A program made the translations under genes and the position numbers. From Bacteroidales bacterium (lineage in GTDB: Bacteria > Bacteroidota > Bacteroidia > Bacteroidales > P3), in assembly GCA_017501495.1 (NCBI GenBank), contig JAFVWV010000149.1, positions 1 through 59,612 of the forward strand: DNA of 59,612 nucleotides, given 5' to 3'. The notes beneath the pieces were generated by a model. The model saw nothing but the letters and a program-made list of their open reading frames with translations. It had not been told where the DNA came from and ran no database searches. Positions 38,541 through 47,582 of the stretch are shown piece after piece (the first letter of the stretch is position 1; every line of letters starts with the position of its first letter).

Positions 38541-41042
38541 ATGGAAGCCAGCACCCAAATACTGAAAGCCGAAAGACTTCGACGCGAACTGGAAGCGCTG
38601 CCCATTGCCTCGATAGCCGAAACTGTGAACGACACGCTGCGGCGCAATGCCGCTTTGGTTGTGACGGCGGCACCTGGAACCGGCAAGTCGACGCTGCTGC
38701 CGCTGACTATCCTGGCAGGGATGCCCGATGACGGAGGCAAAATCGTCGTGCTGGAGCCTCGGCGCGTGGCGGCGCGGCAGATAGCCTCACGCATGGCGTG
38801 GCTGCTGGGCGAGACTGTGGGCGAGACTGTGGGCTACCGCATACGGCTGGAGAGCAAGGTGTCGCGGCAGACGCGCATAGAAGTGGTCACCGAGGGTGTG
38901 CTGACGCGCATACTGCTCGACGACCCGGCTCTGGAAGGCATCGGGGTGGTGGTGTTCGACGAATTCCACGAGCGAAGCCTGAACACCGACGAAGCCTTTG
39001 CGCTGACACGCCAATGCCAGCAGCTGCTGCGCAGCGACCTGCGCATGGTGGTGATGTCGGCCACCATAGGCGCCGCAGCCTTGCAGGAGGCACTGCACTG
39101 TCCGCTTCTGCATTGCGATGCCAAGATGTTTCCCGTTGAGATAATCCATTCCGACAGCATAGGAGCAACCGACCCATCCGCCGTAGCCGGGCGGATGGCG
39201 AAAGCCATACTGCAAGCCCACCGCAGCCACGAAGGCGACATACTGGCCTTTCTGCCGGGCGAGGGCGAAATACGCCGGACGGCGGAGCTGCTTGACGGGA
39301 GCCTGGACGGAACAGCGATATGTCCTCTCTACGGCATGCTCTCCAACGACGAGCAGGCGCGGGCCATAGCCCCGAGTCCGGCTGGCGAGCGCAAGGTGGT
39401 CTTGGCCACGCCCATTGCCGAAACCTCGCTGACCATCGAGGGTGTAAGGGTGGTGGTTGACAGCGGTCTGTGCCGCAAGATGGTGTTCGACCCCCGGAGC
39501 GGCCTGAGCCACCTGGAGACGGTGCGCATCTCGCTTGACATGGCCACCCAGCGCACCGGCCGTGCCGGACGTGTGGCGCCCGGCGTGTGCTATCGCCTGT
39601 GGAGCAAGGCCGACGAAGCCCGAATGGAGCCCGAGCGGAAGCCCGAGATACTTGAAGCCGACCTCGCCGCGCTACTGCTCGATGCCGCCATCTGGGGCGA
39701 GAGCGAGGTGGCGGCCCTGCCATGGCTGACGCCGCCGCCGAAGGCATCGGTAGTACATGCACGCAGGCTGCTCGTCGCCCTCGGCGCGTTGGACGAACAG
39801 GGCAAGGCTACCCCGATGGGCAAAGCCATGGCCAAACTGCCATGCCATCCACGCATAGCCCGCATGCTGCTCACAGCCGAAAGCCCCGGACAGCGGGCCC
39901 TCGCAGCCGACATGGCCGCCCTGCTTGAAGAAAAAGACCCGCTGGCCGGCGAAGCCGACGTCTCGCTGGCGAAGCGTATAGACGCCCTGCGCCGCCAACG
40001 CAGAGCCAATGGAGGCCGCTGGGCACACCTCGTCAGGACAGCACGCCAATACGCCGCCTTGATAAAGGCCGACGACGACAACACATCTGCAAACCCCTAC
40101 GACGCAGGGGCACTGCTGGCGTCGGCATTCCCCGAGCGCATCGGCAGGCGATGGCGAGAGGGTGTGGGCGTGTTCCAGCTGTCGGGCGGCGACCTTGTAG
40201 GCATCGATGCCCAGGACCCACTCTCCGAGGCCGAATGGATTGTGGCCGCCTCGATGCACCAGAAGGCCGGCGGCACGGGCAAGGTGTTCCTGGCCAGCCT
40301 TGTAGACCCCACCGATCTGAAAACCTACGCCACCGAGCGCGACATCATAGCCTGGGACGGCAAGGCCGGATCCGTCATAGCACGCAAAGAGAGGCGTATT
40401 GGTAACATTCTCTTGGAATCCAGACCGCTGACGGGCGACACACGCGATGCCGTGCAGCGTGCCGTCTGCGAAGCCATAGCGAAAGAAGGACCATCGATGC
40501 TGGCCTTCACCGACAAGGTGGCCAACCTGCAGCGGCGCATTGCCTTCGTCGGCCAGCGGCACCCCGAACTGGAGCTTCCTCCTGTGGACACCCCGTCGGT
40601 GTGCGCAAGCGCCGCAGAGTGGGGCCCGCTCTTCGTGGGCAAAGCCGCCACCGTGACCGAGCTCAAGAAGATAGACCTCTGCGAGGTAGTGTGGAGCCGC
40701 CTCGACTACGGGCAGCAGCAAGCCGTGGAGCGGCTGGCGCCGACCCACATCGCCGTTCCGTCGGGCAGCCGCATTGCAGTGGAATACCGCCTCGGAGCCG
40801 AAGCGCCGGTACTGCGCGTGCGCCTGCAGGAATGCTTCGGCCTGACTGAGACGCCGCAGGTGGACGGCACGCCGGTGCTGATGGAGCTGCTCTCGCCGGG
40901 CTTCAAACCCGTGCAGCTCACGAGCGACCTGCACAGCTTCTGGCAGTCGACCTACTTCGAGGTGCGCAAAGAGCTACGCCGCCGCTACCCCAAGCACGCC
41001 TGGCCCGACAATCCGCTGGAGGCCCAACCCCACAGAAAATGA
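38541..41042 (+). CDS. hrpB: ATP-dependent RNA helicase HrpB (DEAH/DExH box)
   Basis: 833 aa with Walker A AAPGTGKST, VVFDEFHERS, SATI and TNIAETSLTIEGV-like motifs, plus an HrpB C-terminal region. Confidence 0.9.
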   Translation: MEASTQILKAERLRRELEALPIASIAETVNDTLRRNAALVVTAAPGTGKSTLLPLTILAGMPDDGGKIVVLEPRRVAARQIASRMAWLLGETVGETVGYRIRLESKVSRQTRIEVVTEGVLTRILLDDPALEGIGVVVFDEFHERSLNTDEAFALTRQCQQLLRSDLRMVVMSATIGAAALQEALHCPLLHCDAKMFPVEIIHSDSIGATDPSAVAGRMAKAILQAHRSHEGDILAFLPGEGEIRRTAELLDGSLDGTAICPLYGMLSNDEQARAIAPSPAGERKVVLATPIAETSLTIEGVRVVVDSGLCRKMVFDPRSGLSHLETVRISLDMATQRTGRAGRVAPGVCYRLWSKADEARMEPERKPEILEADLAALLLDAAIWGESEVAALPWLTPPPKASVVHARRLLVALGALDEQGKATPMGKAMAKLPCHPRIARMLLTAESPGQRALAADMAALLEEKDPLAGEADVSLAKRIDALRRQRRANGGRWAHLVRTARQYAALIKADDDNTSANPYDAGALLASAFPERIGRRWREGVGVFQLSGGDLVGIDAQDPLSEAEWIVAASMHQKAGGTGKVFLASLVDPTDLKTYATERDIIAWDGKAGSVIARKERRIGNILLESRPLTGDTRDAVQRAVCEAIAKEGPSMLAFTDKVANLQRRIAFVGQRHPELELPPVDTPSVCASAAEWGPLFVGKAATVTELKKIDLCEVVWSRLDYGQQQAVERLAPTHIAVPSGSRIAVEYRLGAEAPVLRVRLQECFGLTETPQVDGTPVLMELLSPGFKPVQLTSDLHSFWQSTYFEVRKELRRRYPKHAWPDNPLEAQPHRK

Positions 41043-41187
41043 TTATGAGACTTCTATAAATACATATTTGAAAGTGCGTCTCTTCGAGACGCTAATTTGT
41101 ATCTGCTTGATATACTCCACACTTATAGTGTGGGGTTATTGAGAGTTTGCCTCTTCGAGGCAATTTATAGAAGAACCATACTGCATA

Positions 41188-41234
41188 AAGAAAGCGCTGC
41201 CGACAGTGTTTTGTCGGCAGCGCTTTCTTTTATT
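41188..41234. terminator. Strong, potentially bidirectional terminator hairpin
   Basis: The 19-bp stem aaagaaagcgctgccgaca / tgtcggcagcgctttcttt has A- and T-runs on either side. Confidence 0.75.
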
Positions 41235-41387
41235 ATAATACATAATACTCAGCACATTGGCACGACAAAAAGAATTGTCGTGCAGAGGTCGACCTGCGAC
41301 AAAATCCGCCACTTTAACATTTTTTGATTTTGCCATGTCGGAGAAAAAACTTACCTTTGCATCTCGACTTGGGAGCCCACCGAGAGC

Positions 41388-41493
41388 GCATATCAACGAT
41401 ACATCAACGATATATCAACGATATATCAACGATTAAAATCGTCGAAATATCGTTGATATATCGTTGATGTATCGTTGATATGCACTACCGGTA
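41388..41493. repeat. Third copy of the palindromic phased-repeat element, lying downstream of a -7 box and so probably transcribed
   Basis: gcatatcaacgatacatcaacgatatatcaacgatatatcaacgattaaaatcgtcgaaatatcgttgatatatcgttgatgtatcgttgatatgc followed by actaccgg. -7 box tacctttg at 41353-41360. Confidence 0.9.
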
Positions 41494-41545
41494 GCGGCTG
41501 GAATACGACCTGGATAACATAAATTAACATAAAAATCGATACACT

Positions 41546-42265
41546 ATGAGCAAAGAAAAGATTGCCGGCCTGATGATCAACGGCCGATTGAAAAAGAGCG
41601 GAGTGACCTTCTACACCCGCAACGGACAGATGGTGGCGCGGACGGCGCACAGCAACCAGCCTCAGAGCCGCACGCGCGGCCAGTTTGTGGCGCGCCAGCA
41701 GCTGGCACACAGCTGCCGCCTGTGGACGACGCTGAAATGGGCCGGAGAGCCGACCTTCGCCACCGAGCAGTCGCCCTACTCGCGCTTCCGCAGCATGATG
41801 CGCCGCACACCGGTGGTGTTCCTGCCAAGCACCGGGCGATTGAGCAATGCCACGCTGCTGCTGCCCGGCATGCCGGTGAGCGACGGCCTGCTGCCCACCA
41901 TCGAGCAGCGCCTCGGCGAAGTGGACGGACAGCCGGCGCTGCTGACCAGCCTGCAGCGGAGCGACCTGCGCCGCGCCGACTCACTGCTGCTCTACACACT
42001 GAAGCAGACTGTGGAGAACGGATGTCCCGGCGTGGTGGTGAAACGCGCCGAAGTGAAAGCGGCAGACATGGTCGACGGACCCGACGGACTGGCACTGGCG
42101 GCCGACGAATTCGCCGACAACAACATGGGCTGGGCGCTGGTGCATGTGCGCCAGGGAGCCTACTCGGCCCAGACGGTGGTCACCCGATGCACCCTCTACG
42201 AACAATACACCACTGAAGAGGCCCTGCAGCGCGCCGCCGAAAGCTACGGCGGATTGACGAAATAA
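41546..42265 (+). CDS. Hypothetical protein, paralog family member
   Basis: Shares FADNN[MC]GWALVHVRQG, TRC T[LI]Y and TEEALQ.AA.S[YF]GGL with 51055..51777, and its N-terminus resembles 22754..23542. Confidence 0.65.
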   Translation: MSKEKIAGLMINGRLKKSGVTFYTRNGQMVARTAHSNQPQSRTRGQFVARQQLAHSCRLWTTLKWAGEPTFATEQSPYSRFRSMMRRTPVVFLPSTGRLSNATLLLPGMPVSDGLLPTIEQRLGEVDGQPALLTSLQRSDLRRADSLLLYTLKQTVENGCPGVVVKRAEVKAADMVDGPDGLALAADEFADNNMGWALVHVRQGAYSAQTVVTRCTLYEQYTTEEALQRAAESYGGLTK

Positions 42266-42297
42266 GATTTGATAATCGAGAAACGAGAATTGAAACA

Positions 42298-43515
42298 ATG
42301 AAGAAAATCTACACCCTTTTGATGGCCGCCCTGTGCCTCGCGGCTGTGGGCTGCAATAAAACAGAGAAAACCACAGACATGAAATACCGCCCGCTGGGCG
42401 CCACAGGACTTGAGGTGAGCGAGATAAGCATCGGCTGCGGCGGCTTCGAGAAGCTCGACAGCGCCGCCTCGCTCGAGCTGATGACCATGGCGCTCGACAG
42501 CGGCATGAACTACATCGACATCTACGATGCCTCGCCGAAGACACGCTCCAACATCGGCCACGCCCTGCAGGGCCGACGAGACGAGATGATTATCCAGGGC
42601 CACATAGGCACCATCTACAAAGACGGCCAGCACACCAAGACGCGCGACGTCGCGGAGGCCAAGGCCGGCTTCGAAGACCTCCTCGCCCGCCTGCATACCG
42701 ACCACATCGAGGTGGGCATGATACACATCACCGACAGTCAGGAGGAATGGGACGAGATACAGGGGTCGCCCTTCCTCGACTATGTGTTCCAGCTGAAGAA
42801 AGAGGGCAAAATCAAGCACATAGGCCTCAGCAGCCATAACGCCGAGGTGGCCCTACGCGCCGCCAAAAGCGGATGGGTGGAAGTCATCATGTTCTCGCTC
42901 AACCCCGCCTTCGACCAGCTGCGCGGCGGCGCCATACCCTGGGAGAAAGGCGCCATGGAGAACCTGCAGGGCGGCATAGACCCGGTGCGCGTGGAATTCT
43001 ACGACTACTGCGCCACACACCATATAGGCGTCACGGTGATGAAGACCTTCGGCGGCGGTGGCAAACTGCTCGACGAGAAACAGTCGCCCCTTGGCGTGGC
43101 CTACACCCCCGAGCAATGCATCGCCTACTGCCTGGCCAAGCCATGCATCAGCACCTGCATCCTCGGCATCGACAACATGGACGAGCTGAAACGCGACCTG
43201 CACTGGATGCACGCCACCGAGGCCGAGAAGGACTATGCCAATGTCGTCAAGCGCGAACAATCCAATCTGGGCGGCGACTGCACCTACTGCAACCATTGCT
43301 CGCCCTGCACCCAGGGCATCCCCATAGCCCGCGTCAACGAACTGCTCGACAAAGCCGAGCGCGACGGCCTGACCGACGAGCTGCAGGCACAATACAACAT
43401 GCTTGACCACAAAGCCTCGGAGTGCACCCACTGCGGTGCCTGCATGAGCCGCTGCCCCTTCGGGGTCGACATCCCGGCCCGAATGGACGCCGCCAAGGCG
43501 ATGTACGAGAAATAG
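42298..43515 (+). CDS. Aldo/keto reductase with a C-terminal 4Fe-4S binding region (alternative start ATG 42379)
   Basis: MKYRPLGATGLEVSEISIGCGG is a typical AKR N-terminus. C-terminal motifs are CTYCNHCSPC and CTHCGACMSRCP. The 27 codons upstream resemble a lipoprotein signal. Confidence 0.8.
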   Translation: MKKIYTLLMAALCLAAVGCNKTEKTTDMKYRPLGATGLEVSEISIGCGGFEKLDSAASLELMTMALDSGMNYIDIYDASPKTRSNIGHALQGRRDEMIIQGHIGTIYKDGQHTKTRDVAEAKAGFEDLLARLHTDHIEVGMIHITDSQEEWDEIQGSPFLDYVFQLKKEGKIKHIGLSSHNAEVALRAAKSGWVEVIMFSLNPAFDQLRGGAIPWEKGAMENLQGGIDPVRVEFYDYCATHHIGVTVMKTFGGGGKLLDEKQSPLGVAYTPEQCIAYCLAKPCISTCILGIDNMDELKRDLHWMHATEAEKDYANVVKREQSNLGGDCTYCNHCSPCTQGIPIARVNELLDKAERDGLTDELQAQYNMLDHKASECTHCGACMSRCPFGVDIPARMDAAKAMYEK

Positions 43516-43548
43516 CACACCACTGAGAAAGGCAACATCCACGGTCGC

Positions 43549-44934
43549 ATGCTGTTCAATACGATAGAGTTTCTGGTGTTCCTGCCGGTGGTCACGGCGC
43601 TGTTCTACCTGCTTCCGCAGCGGTGGAGATGGCTGTGGCTGCTGGCAGCCAGCTGCTTCTTCTACATGTGGTTCATACCGCAGTATATCCTCATACTGGC
43701 GGCGACCATAGCCATAGACTACGAAGCAGGGCTGCTGATGGAGCGCTGGAACGACCGACCACGGTGGCGGCGGTGGTGCCTGGTGTCGAGCGTGGTGAGC
43801 ACCTGCGTGGTGCTGTTCGTCTTCAAATACCTCAACTTCTGCAGTGAGAACCTGGTGCTCATGGCTCAGCATTTCGGATGGGCACACCCGCAGCGGGCGT
43901 TGAACATCGCATTGCCGATAGGACTCTCTTTCCACACATTCCAGAGCCTGAGCTACGTGATTGAGGTCTACCGCGGCAACCAGCGCGCCGAACGGCACGC
44001 CGGCTACTACGCGCTGTATGTGATGTTCTATCCGCAACTGGTGACAGGCCCCATCGAGAGGCCACAGAACCTGCTGCGCCAGTTGCACGAGAAGAAAGAG
44101 CTGCAGGCCGACAACATAGCCCGCGGCATGAGACTGGTGCTCTTCGGTCTGTTTCTGAAGATGGTAGTGGCCGACAACATAGGGACACTGGTCGACCAAG
44201 TCTACGCTGCACCGCAAGACTTCGGCCGGGCCGACATCGTTCTGGCCATGGTGTTGTATTCATTCCAGATATACGGCGACTTCTTCGGCTATTCGACCAT
44301 CGCGCTGGGATGTGCACGGATGATGGGCTTCACGCTGACCGACAACTTCCGGACTCCCTACCTGGCCGACAGCATACGCGAGTTCTGGCACCGGTGGCAT
44401 ATCTCGCTCTCCACATGGTTTCGCGACTACCTCTACATACCGCTTGGCGGCAACCGCGTGAAGCTGCCGCGTTGGATGCTGAACACAATGGTGGTGTTCA
44501 CGGTGTGCGGCATCTGGCATGGAGCCAACTGGACATTCATGCTCTGGGGCGCAGCCTACGGAGTGCTGCTGATTGTTGAGAAATTGGCCGGAAGCAAGAA
44601 CGGACGATGGCGCTGGATGCACGTAGCACTGACGTTCACGGCAGTGACGCTGCTGTGGACGGTGTTCCGCGCGCCGTCGCTGGGGGCGCTGGCCGACATT
44701 TACGGTGCATTGATTCATGGAGGCGGCAACAGTCATCTGAACATCGGCGCACCACTGATAGTGGCGCTGGCGGCATTCATAGCCATCGACGTGCTGACGC
44801 GCCGGACGCGCTTCGACGAATGGTGCGGCCGCATGGCAGCGCCGCTGCGCTGGACAATCTACGCGCTTATGGCCTTCGCCATCGTGGCATTCGGCTCGGT
44901 GGAGCAGCACCCATTCATCTATTTCCAGTTTTAG
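43549..44934 (+). CDS. MBOAT-family membrane O-acyltransferase (AlgI/DltB-like)
   Basis: Multi-TM protein with FWHRWHISLSTWFRDYLYIPLGG, which carries the conserved His. Confidence 0.9.
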   Translation: MLFNTIEFLVFLPVVTALFYLLPQRWRWLWLLAASCFFYMWFIPQYILILAATIAIDYEAGLLMERWNDRPRWRRWCLVSSVVSTCVVLFVFKYLNFCSENLVLMAQHFGWAHPQRALNIALPIGLSFHTFQSLSYVIEVYRGNQRAERHAGYYALYVMFYPQLVTGPIERPQNLLRQLHEKKELQADNIARGMRLVLFGLFLKMVVADNIGTLVDQVYAAPQDFGRADIVLAMVLYSFQIYGDFFGYSTIALGCARMMGFTLTDNFRTPYLADSIREFWHRWHISLSTWFRDYLYIPLGGNRVKLPRWMLNTMVVFTVCGIWHGANWTFMLWGAAYGVLLIVEKLAGSKNGRWRWMHVALTFTAVTLLWTVFRAPSLGALADIYGALIHGGGNSHLNIGAPLIVALAAFIAIDVLTRRTRFDEWCGRMAAPLRWTIYALMAFAIVAFGSVEQHPFIYFQF

Positions 44935-44943
44935 ACCGCTAAC

Positions 44944-45951
44944 GTGAGAAAAGAGATACGACATATAATCCTTGGGGTGCTGACGGCAGCGGCAGTGATG
45001 GCCGCGGTGGCCGCGGTATACCGGCTCACGCTCCACGACAAAGACATGACAGAACAATGCGCTTTGATGGAGAAAGTGCAACGAGCCGTGGACGAACAGG
45101 CCGAAATCATCTACCTCGGCGAATCGTCGGACTTCAGCGTAGCCGATGCCGACACCGACAGGCGCAGCATCTGCCGCATGGTGGCCGATGAATTGGGAGA
45201 ACCACGCATGTGCGACATGGCCTCGGCCGCCACACATGCCGGCGTGTTCTACGACATGATGAACCGCCTTCCCAAAGAGAGCAACATACATACCGCCGTG
45301 GTGACAGTCAACATGAGGTCGTTCACAGCCGAATGGATCTACTCCAAACTGGAGACACCTCTGCGCAAACAGCAGTTGATGCTGAAGCGCAGACCCGCAT
45401 TGTGGAACAAGGCTATGCTGGTATTCAAAGCCTATCCGCGATGGAGCGAGAAGGAGCGCGACCGACTGGTCGTAAAACACCTGCGCCGACAAGCCGCCCC
45501 GCCGCCCTATGCCAATGCCAGGGCATGGGACGTCGCCATGGCCGACAGCCTGACGACCGCAGGATGGCCTCAAGACAGCGTGGCCATGGCCTGCCACTAC
45601 ATAAAATGCTTCGCCACAGCGATGGACGAAGACAATCCGCGCATAAGAGACCTGGACCGCATAGTGCAGCTGTGCCGACAGCGCGGATGGCGGCTGGTGA
45701 TGCACATACTGCCCGACAACGAGGAACAGATGAGCCGCATGGTCGGACAACGGCTAGTGCAAATACTGCGCGACAACGGCCGATACGTACAGCAACGCTA
45801 CGAGGAAATGGGCGCCACAGTGGTCAACAACCAAGGACTGCTGCCTGACTCGACGTTCACCGAGCGCAACTATCCCACCGAACACTATACGCAAGAAGGA
45901 CGACTGGCTGTGGCTAAAGCCATAGCCGCGATAATGGAAAGTGAAAAATAA
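44944..45951 (+). CDS. Membrane-anchored hypothetical protein, possibly an SGNH-like partner of the MBOAT enzyme
   Basis: GTG start, N-terminal TM segment, IIYLGESSDFS (GDS-like block I) and a C-terminal YPTEHYT (DxxH-like). Its position after the MBOAT gene supports the link. Confidence 0.45.
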   Translation: MRKEIRHIILGVLTAAAVMAAVAAVYRLTLHDKDMTEQCALMEKVQRAVDEQAEIIYLGESSDFSVADADTDRRSICRMVADELGEPRMCDMASAATHAGVFYDMMNRLPKESNIHTAVVTVNMRSFTAEWIYSKLETPLRKQQLMLKRRPALWNKAMLVFKAYPRWSEKERDRLVVKHLRRQAAPPPYANARAWDVAMADSLTTAGWPQDSVAMACHYIKCFATAMDEDNPRIRDLDRIVQLCRQRGWRLVMHILPDNEEQMSRMVGQRLVQILRDNGRYVQQRYEEMGATVVNNQGLLPDSTFTERNYPTEHYTQEGRLAVAKAIAAIMESEK

Positions 45952-45961
45952 AACACCAAAC

Positions 45962-47554
45962 ATGAAATATTCAGTAAAATTAACGATTGCGACACTGTGC
46001 ATGACGATGCTGGCTCTGGCCGCAAGTGCGCAGGTGAACCAGAAAGAAAGCTGCACATCGATCATGGTGGGCAAGCGGGCATCGACCGACGGGAGCGTCA
46101 TCACCTCGCACACCTGCGACGGACGCTACCGCACATGGATGAGCATCGAACCGGCCATGAAAGCCGAGAAAGGCCGCAAACACACCGTGCGCCGAGGCAC
46201 CATGCAGACCCGCGACGCCAGCGACACCACCGGCGTGCGCAACATGGGCACCATACCTATGGGCGATGCCACCTATGCCTACCTCAACACAGCCTACCCC
46301 TGCCTCAACGAGAAGCAGCTGGCCATAGGCGAGACCACCTTCGGCGGACCCGACATACTGGAGAACAAAGAAGGCATGTTCACCATCGAGGAGCTGGAGC
46401 GCGTGGCCTTGATGCGCTGCTCCACCGCTCGCCAGGCCATAAATCTCATTGCCAAACTGGTGGAGAAATACGGCTACGGCGACGGCGGCGAGTGCATCAC
46501 CATAGCCGACAAGAAAGAGGTGTGGCAGATGGAAATCGTCGGTGCAGGTCCCGACAAAATCGGCGGCCTTTGGGCGGCACAGCGCGTGCCGGACGACCAC
46601 ATAGCCGTCAGCGCCAACATACCGCGCATCGGACGGCTGCAGCGCATGAATCCCGACTACTTCATGTGCTCGGACAGCATCGAGGCGGTGGCCAAACGCT
46701 ACAACCTTTGGGACGGACAGGGCGACTTCATCTGGTGGAAAGCCTTCAACACCTCGTGGGCCAACGGCAAGAACTTCCGCGAACGCGAATACTTCATCTT
46801 CAACAGTCTGGCGCCCTCGCAGGGTTTCACGATGGACATGGCCGAGTTGCCCTTCTCGGTGAAGCCCGACTCGCCGGTCGACGTCACCGACGTGATGCGC
46901 CTTCTGCGCTCTACCTACGAGGGCACAGAGATGGACATGACGAAAAACCTCAAGGTGGTGGTGGACCGCAAGCGCGAGGACGGCAGCAAATACAAAGACA
47001 CGGTGGTCAGCCCCGTGGCCAACCCCTGGCTGGGCGGCACGATGCAGCAGACGCTGAACATGTTGGCTCCCGGCACCATCGACTTCAAGCGCACGGTGAG
47101 TGTGGCATGGTGTTCCTACTCTTTTGTGGCGCAGCTGCGCGACTGGCTGCCCGACGCGGTGGGCGGCATCTGCTGGGTGGCACTCGACAACCCCGGCCAG
47201 AGTCCGCGCGTGCCCATCTTCTGCGGCACCACCGAGCTGCCTGCAGCCTTCGCCACCTGCGGCCAAAAGAATTACGTGCCCGACGCCGCCCTGTGGCAAT
47301 ACCGACGCGCCAACAAGCTGGCCACTGTGCAGTGGCAGCGCACCAAGAAACAGCACATGAACGCCGTGCTGCACCACGAAGGCAAGGCCTTCAGCGGACT
47401 GAAAAGCCTCGAAGACGGCATCAAGGGCATGAAAGACCCCAGCAAAGCCGCCAAACAGCTGAATGCCTACACCAAGCAGATATACGACGGCACCGTCGAG
47501 GCTTGGGCAGAACTGGAATCGCAATACTGGCACATGTTCGGCATGGGTTTTTAA
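45962..47554 (+). CDS. C69-family dipeptidase
   Basis: A signal peptide followed by ESCTSIMVGKRASTDGSVITSHTCDG, which carries the N-terminal Cys nucleophile signature of peptidase C69. Confidence 0.8.
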   Translation: MKYSVKLTIATLCMTMLALAASAQVNQKESCTSIMVGKRASTDGSVITSHTCDGRYRTWMSIEPAMKAEKGRKHTVRRGTMQTRDASDTTGVRNMGTIPMGDATYAYLNTAYPCLNEKQLAIGETTFGGPDILENKEGMFTIEELERVALMRCSTARQAINLIAKLVEKYGYGDGGECITIADKKEVWQMEIVGAGPDKIGGLWAAQRVPDDHIAVSANIPRIGRLQRMNPDYFMCSDSIEAVAKRYNLWDGQGDFIWWKAFNTSWANGKNFREREYFIFNSLAPSQGFTMDMAELPFSVKPDSPVDVTDVMRLLRSTYEGTEMDMTKNLKVVVDRKREDGSKYKDTVVSPVANPWLGGTMQQTLNMLAPGTIDFKRTVSVAWCSYSFVAQLRDWLPDAVGGICWVALDNPGQSPRVPIFCGTTELPAAFATCGQKNYVPDAALWQYRRANKLATVQWQRTKKQHMNAVLHHEGKAFSGLKSLEDGIKGMKDPSKAAKQLNAYTKQIYDGTVEAWAELESQYWHMFGMGF

Positions 47555-47582
47555 AGAAAATTGAAAGTTGAAAATTGAAAGT

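Noticed and set aside
41136-41396. 86-aa minus-strand ORF in the hrpB downstream region.
   Set aside because: It runs straight through a 19-bp terminator stem and several hairpins. It has no promoter box and an implausible composition.
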